From the NCBI GenBank assembly GCA_040285855.1, contig JAUFOQ010000013.1, forward strand, positions 1,860,001-1,924,000: a stretch of 64,000 nt of DNA. The letters are read 5' to 3'. Position 1 is the stretch's first letter; each line of letters begins with the position of its first letter. Source of the DNA: Eukaryota sp. GEM-RC1. Lineage: Eukaryota. Of the stretch, positions 53,003 through 64,000 are shown piece after piece. Position numbers and translations under genes: made by a program. The notes beneath the pieces are model-generated. The model had not been told where the DNA came from, did not search any database, and saw only the letters and a list, made by a program, of their open reading frames with translations.

Positions 53003-55787
53003 TTAATGTTGCCTTTTAGATCTCGTAAGCTTGCGTTGAGGTCTAAGGGAGGTTTTCTTAAGGAATTCGCGGTAAGCCTGGTCGTTCTTGATTACATCCA
53101 AAGGCTCTTTAGTTACAGAGCCATCAATTCATTCAACACTGACAACGTTGAGATCACTGTCAATGGAAATGACTTTTCTGATTATCGTTTCCTCCCTGTC
53201 AAGAGCGGCGACAGCTTTGAGGTATTCGATATCGGTAGAAGACGTCAGAAAGGGTTTACATAGATAAGTGGATGTGTGGCATTCTACGTTGGTGATCAAG
53301 TTGAGCAATAGGAGAGTAGATGAGTCTGCCTTGCTAGATAACACTTTGTATGGTCCCAGCCATTTTCCGTGAAGGCGACCCGGGTTGTCATTGAATCGAA
53401 GAACAAATAAACCTTCGGGGAAGTGTTTAATGAGGTTTTCTTGGGTGCTGGGTGCAGTTAATAAGGATTTCTGATTCTTGTCTGCTTTTTCCCATATTTC
53501 TTTTTAAAGCGGAGGTTCTTGAGACGAGGTCATTGATGAAAGGAATTTTTGTTACAGGTTTTTTTAACAAGATGTTGAGTAGATCATTGGAAGGTCTTCT
53601 AGGGTTGGTGTCAATGCCAAATAGGAGTTGATAAGAGGTAAATTTCGTCGTACTGTGAAGTTTTGAGTTATAAGCTGGATGATGGGTAAATGAGAAGCCC
53701 AGTTTTGGAAGTCGTTGATGTCATATATAAGGCGTTTTAAGTTCTGATTTACATCCCTATTACGGCGTTCTACTAATCCATTACTCTGGTGATGGTGGGG
53801 AATTGCAAAAGAATTAGTAATGTTAAGAAGTGAGAACAATTCTGTTAACACTGAGTTGCTGAATTCTGAGCCATTATCGGAGTGAATGTGGAATGGAATT
53901 CCATAGTTTGCAATCACGGAGTGGATTAAAGCATATGCAACTTCATTAGCTGTGTTAGTCTTAGAGGCTTTAAGTATGGTAAACCGTGAAAAGGCATCGA
54001 CAAATACAAAGATGTATTTCATACCTTCGTTGTCAGAGGGAATGGGGCCCATAGTGTCGATATGTACACTTTCAAATGGCCGATTGCTAAATAATTTGCC
54101 TGAGTGAGGGACATGGATTGGAGCTGTTTTTTGGCAAGAGTGACATTCAGAGATGTGAGTTCGTACGTCGGATTCAGCGTTGGGTCAGTAAAAGTGGGAG
54201 TTTTTGAGGGATTGTAGAGCTTCTTTTAATGTTGGATGTCCGGCATGGGCGTAGCCGTGCAGGTTTAGTAGCCATTCTTTCCTAAGTCTTTTGGGAATTA
54301 GGATTTTGGAATTGTAGGTAAATAGGTTTAGATCTTGGTTCCAGTCAGCAGGGTTTGGGTCTTCTCTTAAATCGATTTGTTGAGCGGTTCTAATTTTTCT
54401 AGAAGTTCGTTGTTGAAGTCAGAGTGGTGTTGTTCTTCAAAGCAGTCGTGGAGATCGTTGCGTAAAAGATGGGTTTCTTGATGTTGAGTAGGTGTAGCAA
54501 GTAGGGAAAATGTTTTTGATGAGATTAGGGAGTCAGGAGACGTGGGAGGGACAACCGTTGATTTATCGGGCTGTTTGTATTGAGACTCGTTACTGTTTCC
54601 TAAGGAATTCTTTTCAGCACCAGAGGGGAACGATCTTGAGAGTAAGTCAGCGCATGAGTTTCTAGCTCCTTCAACATGGACAAGTTCAAGGTCAAAGTTT
54701 GCTAAAAGGGGAATCCAACGTGTTACGATCCGGTTTTTTTCTGGGTGATCGAAGAGAAAAACTAAGTTCTTGTGATCGCAGAAGAGAATGATCCTTTTGG
54801 AAAGTAGATAGGAAGTTAAGTTGGGTTGATTGAGGGTAGACACAATGGCGAAGAGCTCTTTCTGGATAATAGGCCAGTTGGCCTGTGAATCTGAGAGCGT
54901 TTTGCTAAAGAAAGCGATAGGTGCAAGTAATTGGTCTTCAAGTGGGCTATGGGGATCGCTATCATCCAGTTTTTTTCAGATTACTCCAGAAACAGCTTTT
55001 TCTGAGGCATCTGTTGATACGATAATTTGATGGGTGTCGCCAGGGAGCGCTAGTTCCACGGAGTTGGAGATAAGTTCTTTAATCTTGATAAAATTTTTGG
55101 TATGAAGGCTTGACCATTTCTTCGCAATGGAGGGTTTTCCTGCAGTATTTTTCTTTGTTAAAGCTGTGAGTGGTTGCAGAAGGTGAGACAAGTTAGGTAG
55201 CCATTCTCGGAGGTAATTTACCGAGCCACAAAATGACCGAAGTTCTCCTATCGTTGTAGGGATTGGGAGTTTTTGAATGGCAGTGATCCTTTCGATGTCT
55301 ATTTTTCTTTTTCCCTCTTGGAAGATGCATCCGAGTATTTTGATCTCACTTGCATTAGTGACAAACGAGCATTTCTTAATACCAAAGCGTACTCTGTGCG
55401 TTCTAGCACGCATAAAGATTTCTGATAAGGACTTCAGAAAATTGTTGAAGTCGCTATCAATTACAATGATGTCGTCGATATAAATGTAAACATTCGACAT
55501 GCTAAATATCTCATTCATGGTATTCTGAAAATAGGCCGGTACATTCTTCAGGCCGAAGGCGGCTCTTTAAAGCAAATTTGTCTTCCTGGTATGGCTAAGG
55601 TTGTCTTTAGTTGGTCTTCTGGCTTTAACAAGATCTGCCAGAAGGCTTTTGGTAGATCTAAAGTAGCTATGAACCGAGCTTTGGACATGAACTGATGGAT
55701 ATCAGTGATTCGTGGTAAGTCAGCTTGCAGTGGTTTGGTAAGAGCATTAACACCATCAACACCACTGAAGTCTCCGGTTAGGCGAGG
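53003..55787 (-). pseudogene. pol: Pol (RT-RH-IN-chromo-like), gypsy copy 2, multiply frameshifted
   Basis: ORF pieces 54976-55518 (YIDD, TDAS), 54367-54843, 53564-54052 (integrase core) and 53129-53344. Confidence 0.92.
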
Positions 55788-56052
55788 TAATAAGATGAAG
55801 AGTAGTAGTGACGTGTAGGATCCTGGTTACTTCATTTTGGAACTTAAAGGATAGTTTGGCCTTGCATGAACCTGTTGACTTCACAGTTTCGCCATTGGCT
55901 AATGTGAAACTCAAGTTGGACTTTCCAATTTCTAGTTTTGCTTTGTTGGCCAGGTTTGAGGATATGCAACTGTTTTCACAGGCACTATCCCAAGTACCTG
56001 TGAGAGGGATGGAATTGACAAGAACTGTCATTTTTAGGAAGTTGGATTTCAT
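55788..56052 (-). pseudogene. Aspartic protease N-terminal part, gypsy copy 2
   Basis: GTWDSACENSCISSNLA...LANG in one frame (ORF 55756-56052). Confidence 0.68.
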
Positions 56053-56155
56053 TAAAGATTGAGAGGGACTATCTGCAAAAAGGGGTTTAGAATCAATGGA
56101 GTTGAGAGGAGCATTGTACAGAAATTTTGTTGCGTCAACGGAAGGATTAGATTCA

Positions 56156-57760
56156 TCAGCATGAATCGCCTTTAAACGTTACACACCCAGGTTGTTTGTA
56201 GCAATCGACATCACCGAATACCGACACCAAGCCAGCGGTGGAACTAACTCCACCACGAAGCGAAGAATCGTTTACTGTATCGGGAGTCTTCTTCTGGGGT
56301 ACCGTAGGGTCATCGTCAGCTGAGGGTCTAACCTTGTAGTTGGTTACAACAGGTTGTTCAGAAGGGATAGATAATGGTTTGAGAGGAATGGGATGCTTAT
56401 AAGTGTAGTCATTCGGTGAAGAGTAAGAGAGGTATGTTTCTGAGTTTGTGTGTGAATCGAGATAGGTGTCTTGGAAGAATTTTGGTAACGTAAGGTCATG
56501 TTCAATTGGTAATTCATCATCTGGGTGTTCATCAGAGGCAGATAATGTAGTTTCTAAAGAGTAAGCTTTGGACTTAAAATCTCGGCTTTGAGGGTATTTG
56601 TCTTCGGCAAACGAGTCCTTGAATGTTTTGGTAAACATAGTATTAGATTTGCTGCGTGTTATGCTGCGGGTGTTGTCGGAAGTCGGTCGAGGGTTTCTTG
56701 GGTTCTGATAAGCTCTTCGTTTGTTTACTTTTGAGGTACGGCAAGCAGGATCACGACATGCTTCACTCGAGTGACCCTCCTTTTTGCAAAAGTTGCAAAA
56801 TGGGCGAGATAGAGGTTGAGAAGAATGGTGTTTAGAAGGGGCTTGTGAAGGGGAATGATGTGGTGTATGATGATGAGAGGTTCTTCGAGATTCTTGCAAA
56901 AAGGAAGAGGGGAGCGCAGAACGGAAAGAGGTATTCTTGAGGGACGGCGTGAGGGAAGAAAAGGTTCTTATGTAGAATGATAGTACGTGATACAAGGTCC
57001 TCCAAGGAGTTAAGTAAGTTAAGGTTAAACTCATCGAAGAGGGCGTTTCGCAAAGTTGAGGGTTTGATTCCTTTTATAAAAGCAGATATGAGGGCTTTAG
57101 GAGAAGAGTGAGGAATGAAGGTTCGGCAACGGAGGGTAACTGCCTGAAGTTGTTCAAAGTAAGAGTGAATGTCTGATGTTCGAGCAGGATTCATAGAGAG
57201 GGAGTTTAGCACGTTTCGTGCCTCAGAAGCGTTCTGAACACGTGTGGAGTCCAGGAGGAAATTCCATAAAGAAGTTTGCGAGGAGAGAGCGGAGGGATCA
57301 ATCATATTGATTAATGAAAGGACTTTTGGCAGGATATATTTGTGGAACTCTGGAGAAGGAGAGGGATCTTCAAAGAATGAGGGTATAGAGTCATTGGCAA
57401 GTGGTCTAGAGGATCCACTAATAGCAGAAGTGGAAGAACTGCGAGCGACAGATTCCTTTGCTGAGGTCCAGAGTTGAGTAAAGGCTGTGTTACTGAAACC
57501 TTCTGGTTTGTATTTAGACAAAGCGTCTGCGATAATTTTTTCTGTGTAAGCAAGAGTTTTACTAGGGTCCAATTGTTCACTGTCTGACATGAACTCAGAT
57601 GAGTCTTCTGGAAGAGAGATGGAGCTCTCGTCGTTGGCATTGGAAAAATGGCATACGTCTTGGATAAAACGAATGACATGGGCTGGAGTGAGAGATTGAA
57701 GTCGCGGGGCGACGAAACGTATCCTTCAAGGATCGCGGAGTTAGATAAGGACGAAGACAT
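56156..57760 (-). pseudogene. gag: Gag-like ORF, gypsy copy 2 (frameshifted)
   Basis: ORF pieces 57311-57760, 56832-57590 and 56156-57034, the last containing FCNFCKKEGHSSEACR. Confidence 0.8.
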
Positions 57761-57783
57761 ACGGTTGGTTTTACAATACGTAT

Positions 57784-57879
57784 TGATGGGGAAAGCGCTT
57801 TTAGAAGTAGTTTATTGTAAGAAGAAGAAGAAAGACAATAAAGGAGATTTGCCATGACACTTTGACACGTGTCACAACA
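57784..57879 (-). repeat. 5' LTR of gypsy copy 2 (96 bp)
   Basis: Same diagnostic variants as 52101-52196. Confidence 0.93.
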
Positions 57880-58551
57880 ATGTCGATATACGGTAATATT
57901 GGACCAGCTGCACAAGGTTTTTTAACTTCCTTTGGTAAATTGTGTTCTGAGTATGGTAAAGTTTTCAATGAAAATTTTTGGTTGAGTAGGTTAACGTTTG
58001 CGATGTTTCGTGCAATGCACAGAAATTTTAATTCAATTTTAGGATTTTGATGCATTTATTTCACTGACTGATCATAAACCCCGTTTGTTTTTTTGAAACA
58101 GATTTTCTTTTGGTTTACATCTTTGACATCTTTCAAGTTGTTCGACATTTTTATATAATTATATTCAGTACCCAACTCATTGCCTCCAAAATATCAATTT
58201 GTAAGATCAAATGAAAAATACAAAATCAACGCGACTAAAATATTTTTGTAAAAGAACTATTTTGTGTATTCTAAAATAGCACTTTCATTGTTGTGGAAGA
58301 ACACTTCTAATTGTCTTGTCCATACACTTTTGCTTGGGCTTTTGGTTACTCTAATATGGCTGTCTGCCGTTAATAACACAAGCATCATGTAGCTACTTAT
58401 GATTTTCCACTTGTCTGCAACCATTGTTAGAATAGTAGTTGATTTCTTCTTCAATAAAGACCAATCATCAAATGACAGTCCTTTGTACACTACTGTATGA
58501 AGACAGTATAGACATGTGGTAAACAATATTTTTTGATTTTGTATTTGTTGT

Positions 58552-58611
58552 CTGTAGACATAGGGTGAAGTAAATTGAATTTATTATAAGGGTACTGTTC
58601 CAGTACTAACA
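58552..58611. mobile_element. 60-bp insertion with ~9-bp TSD, probably an extremely 5'-truncated retroposon
   Basis: Non-satellite sequence flanked by TAT(T)TGTTGT (58542-58551) and TATTGTTGT (58612-58620). Confidence 0.6.
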
Positions 58612-61569
58612 TATTGTTGTTGTATCACAACCACTTGACATCATAACTATTGAGATGCTGATACTACAATCGCGTCTGTCATCGATTTTAACTACATCAT
58701 CTCATCCAATTTTTACGTCTTCCATTTATCGCTTTCTATTTCTCTCCATTAGTTGAGAAACTGTACAAATTTGGTGTGAAGGTTAATGTTGAAAAACCTA
58801 AAAACGTCCTTTTCAGGAGATGAGTATTCTCAGCATTGGGATATCGTGTTTTTTTGTGATTTGGTCGTTTTGAGAGATACTAATCCTAATCAAAGTTGAT
58901 ACACAAGGCGCTGTTAATTTGTTATTGAAGACTTCTTAATTAGTTCTCATCATTGAAAAGATTTTCTTTTATTATTGATTGGGTTTACATCTTTGACATC
59001 TTTCAAGTTGTTCGACATTTGTATATACTTATATTCAGTATCCAACTCATTGCCTCCAAAATATAAATTTGTAAGACCAAATGAAAAATACAAAATCCAC
59101 ACGACCAAAATATTTTTGTAAAAGAACTATTTTGTTTATTCTAAAATGGGAGTTTCATTGTTGTGGAAGAACACGTCTAATTGACTTGTCCATACACTTT
59201 TGCTTGGGCTTTTGGTTACTCTAATATGGATGTGTGCCGTCAATAACACAAGCATCATGGAGCTACTTAAGATTGTCCACTTGTCTGCAACCGTAGTTGG
59301 AATAGTAGATGATTTCTTCTCCAATAAAGACCAATCATAAAATGACAATCTTTTGTACACTACTGTATGAAGACAGTATAGACATGTGGTAATCAAATTT
59401 TTGATTTTGTATTGTTGTTGTATCACGGCCACTTGACATCATAACCATTGAGATGCTGATACTACAATCGCGTCTGTCATCGATTTTAACAAAAGAGATA
59501 ACAAAACCTCTACATCATCCTATTTTTACATCTTCCATTTATCGCTTTCTATTTCTCTCCATTAGTTGAGAAACTGTACAAATTTGGTGTGAAGGTTAAT
59601 GTTTAAAAACGTAAAAACGTCCTTTTCAGGAGATGAGTATTCTCAGCATTGGGATATCGTGTCTTTTTGTGATTTGGTCGTTTTGAGAGATACTAATCCT
59701 AATCAAAGTTGATACACAAGGCGCTGTTAATTTGATATTGAAGACTTCTTGATTATTTCTCATCATTGAAAAAGATTTTCTTTTATTATTGATTGGGTTT
59801 ACATCTTTGACATCTTTCAAGTTGTTCGACATTTTTATATAATTATATTCAGTACCCAACTCATTGCCTCCAAAATATAAATTTGTAAGACCAAATGAAA
59901 AATACAAAATCCACACGACCAAAATATTTTTGTAAAAGAACTATTTTGTTTATTCTAAAATGGGACTTTCATTGTTGTGGAAGAACACGTCTAATTGACT
60001 TGTCCATACACTTTTGCTTGGGCTTTTGGTTACTCTAATATGGATGTGTGCCGTCAATAACACAAGCATCATGGAGCTACTTAAGATTGTCCACTTGTCT
60101 GCAACCGTAGTTGGAATAGTAGATGATTTCTTCTCCAATAAAGACCAATCATAAAATGACAATCTTTTGTACACTACTGTATGAAGACAGTATAGACATG
60201 TGGTAATCAATTTTTTGATTTTGTATTGTTGTTGTATCATGGCCACTTGACATCATAACCATTGAGATGCTGATACTACAATCGCGTCTGTCATCGATTT
60301 TAACAAAAGAGATAACAAAACCTCTACATCATCCTATTTTTACATCTTCCATTTATCGCTTTCTATTTCTCTCCATAAGTTGAGAAACTGTACAAATTTG
60401 GTGTGAAGGTTAATGTTGAAAAACGTAAAAACGTCCTTTTCAGGAGATGAGTGTTCTCAGCATTGGGATATAGTGTCTTTTTGTGATTTGGTCGTTTTGA
60501 GAGATACTAATCCTAATCAAAGTTGATACACAAGGCGCTGTTAATTTGATATTGAAGACTTCTTGATTATTTCTCATCATTGAAAAAGATTTTCTTTTAT
60601 TATTGATTGGGTTTACATCTTTGACATCTTTCAAGTTGTTCGACATTTTTATATAATTATATTCAGTACCCAACTCATTGCCTCCAAAATATAAATTTGT
60701 AAGACCAAATGAAAAATACAAAATCCACACGACCAAAATATTTTTGTAAAAGAACTATTTTGTTTATTCTAAAATGGGACTTTCATTGTTGTGGAAGAAC
60801 ACGTCTAATTGACTTGTCCATACACTTTTGCTTGGGCTTTTGGTTACTCTAATATGGATGTGTGCCGTCAATAACACAAGCATCATGGAGCTACTTAAGA
60901 TTGTCCACTTGTCTGCAACCGTAGTTGGAATAGTAGATGATTTCTTCTCCAATAAAGACCAATCATAAAATGACAATCTTTTGTACACTACTGTATGAAG
61001 ACAGTATAGACATGTGGTAATCAATTTTTTTGATTTTGTATTGTTGTTGTATCATGGCCACTTGACATCATAACCATTGAGATGCTGATACTACAATCGC
61101 GTCTGTCATCGATTTTAACAAAAGAGATAACAAAACCTCTACATCATCCTATTTTTACATCTTCCATTTATCGCTTTCTATTTCTCTCCATAAGTTGAGA
61201 AACTGTACAAATTTGGTGTGAAGGTTAATGTTGAAAAACGTAAAAACGTCCTTTTCAGGAGATGAGTGTTCTCAGCATTGGGATATAGTGTCTTTTTGTG
61301 ATTTGGTCGTTTTGAGAGACACTAATCCTAACTTAAAGTTGATACACATAACGCTGTTAATTTGATATTGAAGACTTTTTAATTATTTCTAATCATTGAA
61401 ACAGATTTTCTTTTATCATTGATTGGGTTTACATCTTTGACATCTTTCAAGTTGTTCGACATTTTTATATAATTATATTCAGTACCCAACTCATTGCCTC
61501 CAAAATATAAATTTGTAAGACCAAATGAGAAATACAAAATCCACGCGACTAACATATTTTTGTAAAAGA

Positions 61570-62049
61570 TCCTTGGTTATCTTGTCAGGAAATTATCATG
61601 GATTTCACGACTGTTGGTCCTTGTAATTCAAGATCAACTTCCAAAATTTTTGATGATGATTTTTCTGCTCTTGAAGTGGCTGAAAAAGGAAAAAATACAA
61701 AGTACTGTCACTTAATTAACCAATTGAATGTTGACAGGTACAATTCTTTTGTGTTTCAACCTTTTGCGATGTCGATATACGGTAATATTGGACCAGCTGC
61801 ACAAGGTTTTTTAACTTCCTTTGGTAAATTGTGTTCTAAGTATGGTAAAGTTTTCAATGAAAATCACAAGGTTTTTTAACTTCCTTTGGTAAATTGTGTT
61901 CTGAGTATGGTAAAGTTTTCAATGAAAATTTTTGGTTGAGTAGGTTAACGTTTGCGTTGTTTCGTGCAATGCACAGATATTTTAATTCAATTTTAGGATT
62001 TTGTGCAAATGCATTTTTTCACTGACTGATCATAAACCCCGTTTGTTTT
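61570..62049 (+). mobile_element. Family D RLE remnant copy 3, empty site for the gypsy insertion
   Basis: ORF 61598-61879 MDFTTVGPC...AEKGKNTKY...FQPFAMSIYGNIG; single ATGT at the gypsy target; internal 65-bp tandem duplication. Confidence 0.9.
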
Positions 62050-63844
62050 TTGAAACAGATTTTCTTTTGGTTTACATCTTTGACATCTTTCAAGTTGTTC
62101 GACATTTTTATATACTTATATTCAGTATCCAACTCATTGCCTCCAAAATAATAATTTGTAAGACCAAATAAAAAATACAAAATCCACACGACCAAAATAT
62201 TTTTGTAAAAGAACTATTTTGTTTATTCTAAAATGGGACTTTCATTGTTGTGGAAGAACACTTCTAATTGTCTTGTCCATACACTTTTGCTTGGGCTTTT
62301 GGTTACTCTAATATGGATGTGTGCCGTCAGTAACACAAGCATAATGGAGCTACTTGAGATTGTCCACTTGTCTGCAACCGTAGTTGGAATAGTAGATGAT
62401 TTCTTCTCCAATAAAGACCAATCATAAAATGACAATCTTTTGTACACTACTGTATGAAGACAGTATAGACATGTGGTAATCAATTTTTTTTGACTCTGTA
62501 TTGTTGTTGTATCACAACCACTTGACATCATAACCATTGAGATGCTGATACTACAATCGCGTCTGTTATCGATTTTAACAAAAGAGATAACAAAACCTCT
62601 ACATCATCCTATTTTTACATCTTCCATTTATCGCTTTCTATTTCTCTCCATTAGTTGAGAAACTGTACAAATTTGGTGTGAAGGTTAATGTTTAAAAACG
62701 TAAAAACGTCCTTTTCAGGAGATGAGTATTCTCAGCATTGGGATATCGTGTCTTTTTGTGATTTGGTCGTTTTGAGAAATACTAATCCTAATCAAAGTTG
62801 ATACACAAGGCGCTGTTAATTTGATATTGAAGACTTCTTGATTATTTCTCATCATTGAAAAGATTTTCTTTTATTATTGATTGGGTTTACATCTTTGACA
62901 TCTTTCAAGTTGTTCGACATTTGTATATACTTATATTCAGTATCCAACACATTGCCTCCAAAATAATAATTTGTAAGACCAAATGAAAAATACAAAATCC
63001 AGACGACTAAATTATTTTTGTAAAAGAATTATTTTGTTTATTCTAAAATGGGAGTTTCATTGTTGTGGAAGAACACTTCTAATTGTCTTGTCCATACACT
63101 TTTGCTTGGGCTTTTGGTTACTCTAATATGGATGTGTGCCGTCAATAACACAAGCATCATGGAGCTACTTAAGATTGTCCACTTGTCTGCAACTGTAGTT
63201 GGAATAGTAGATGATTTCTTCTCCAATAAAGACCAATCATAAAATGACAATCTTTTGTACACTACTGTATGAAGACAGTATAGACATGTGGTAATCAATT
63301 TTTTTTGACTCTGTATTGTTGTTGTATCACAACCACTTGACATCATAACCATTGAGATGCTGATACTACAATCGCGTCTGTCATCGAATTTAACAAAAGA
63401 GATAACAACACCTCTACATCATCCTATTCTTACGTCTTCCATTTATCGCTTTCTATTTCTCTCCATTAGTTGAGAAACTGTACAAATTTGGTGTGAAGGT
63501 TAATGTTGAAAAACGTAAAAACGTCCTTTTCAGGAGATGAGTGTTCTCAGCATTGGGATATAGTGTCTTTTTGTGATTTGGTCGTTTTGAGAGACACTAA
63601 TCCTAACTTAAAGTTGATACACATAACGCTGTTAATTTGATATTGAAGACTTTTTAATTATTTCTAATCATTGAAACAGATTTTCTTTTATCATTGATTG
63701 GGTTTACATCTTTGACATCTTTCAAGTTGTTCGACATTTTTATATAATTATATTCAGTACCCAACTCATTGCCTCCAAAATATAAATTTGTAAGACCAAA
63801 TGAGAAATACAAAATCCACGCGACTAACATATTTTTGTAAAAGA

Positions 63845-64000
63845 TCCTTGGTTATCTTGTCAGGAAATTATCATGGATTTCACGACTGTTGGTCCTTGTA
63901 ATTCAAGATCAACTTCCAAAATTTTTGATGATGATTTTTCTGCTCTTGAAGTGGCTGAAAAAGGAAAAAATACAAAGTACTGTCACTTAATTAACCAATT
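63845..64000 (+). mobile_element. Family D RLE remnant copy 4 (cut by window end)
   Basis: Matches the start of copy 3; located 2275 bp downstream. Confidence 0.88.

Larger units (their letters stand above)
52839..57879 (-). mobile_element. Ty3/gypsy LTR retrotransposon copy 2 (segmental duplicate of copy 1)
   Basis: Same LTRs, same TSD ATGT (52835-52838, 57880-57883), same internal deletion. Confidence 0.95.
52637..58092 (+). mobile_element. Family D RLE remnant copy 2, interrupted by gypsy element 2
   Basis: 52637-52838 plus 57880-58092; same 5' junction (TTTTGTAAAAGA|TCCTTGG) as the other D copies. Confidence 0.88.
58093..63844. repeat. Tandem satellite array, same monomer (right block), interrupted by D3 and a 60-bp insertion
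   Basis: Same monomer and orientation; ORF echoes at 59136/59950/60764 and 62223/63038 (~814 bp period). Confidence 0.96.

Noticed and set aside
47310..57857. Plus-strand short ORFs within the gypsy elements (47310, 49143, 49590, 50122, 51557 and duplicates)
   Set aside because: Antisense shadows of gag/pol with no motifs.

Overview
AT-rich eukaryotic repeat DNA with no recognisable host protein-coding or RNA gene. About 70% of the window is a head-to-tail tandem array of a ~808-816 bp satellite monomer (roughly 55-60 copies), with ~547 bp deletion variants and higher-order repeats. The array carries 5'-truncated remnants of four related but distinct non-LTR retrotransposon families (my labels A-D) encoding a restriction-like endonuclease (RLE; R2 group, CRE-like). 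A, B and C also retain the CCHC knuckle and have 9-11 bp target-site duplications (TSDs). A occurs five times at one monomer position, B and C once each on the minus strand, and D four times. A compact ~5.05 kb Ty3/gypsy element sits inside D. It has 96-97 bp LTRs, a 4-bp TSD (ATGT), a chromodomain-like C-terminus and no tRNA primer-binding site, and the D+gypsy composite was later tandemly duplicated (~5.7 kb period). There is also a 60-bp TSD-flanked micro-insertion. The most striking observation is that every monomer I checked contains a ~70-100 bp relic of the C-terminal coding region of the B family (62/70 nt identity, counted by eye), so the satellite is partly built from the retroelement lineage that invades it. 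The dozens of 60-105 aa ORFs in the ORF track are satellite translations. Many frameshifts fall in homopolymers and may be long-read errors.
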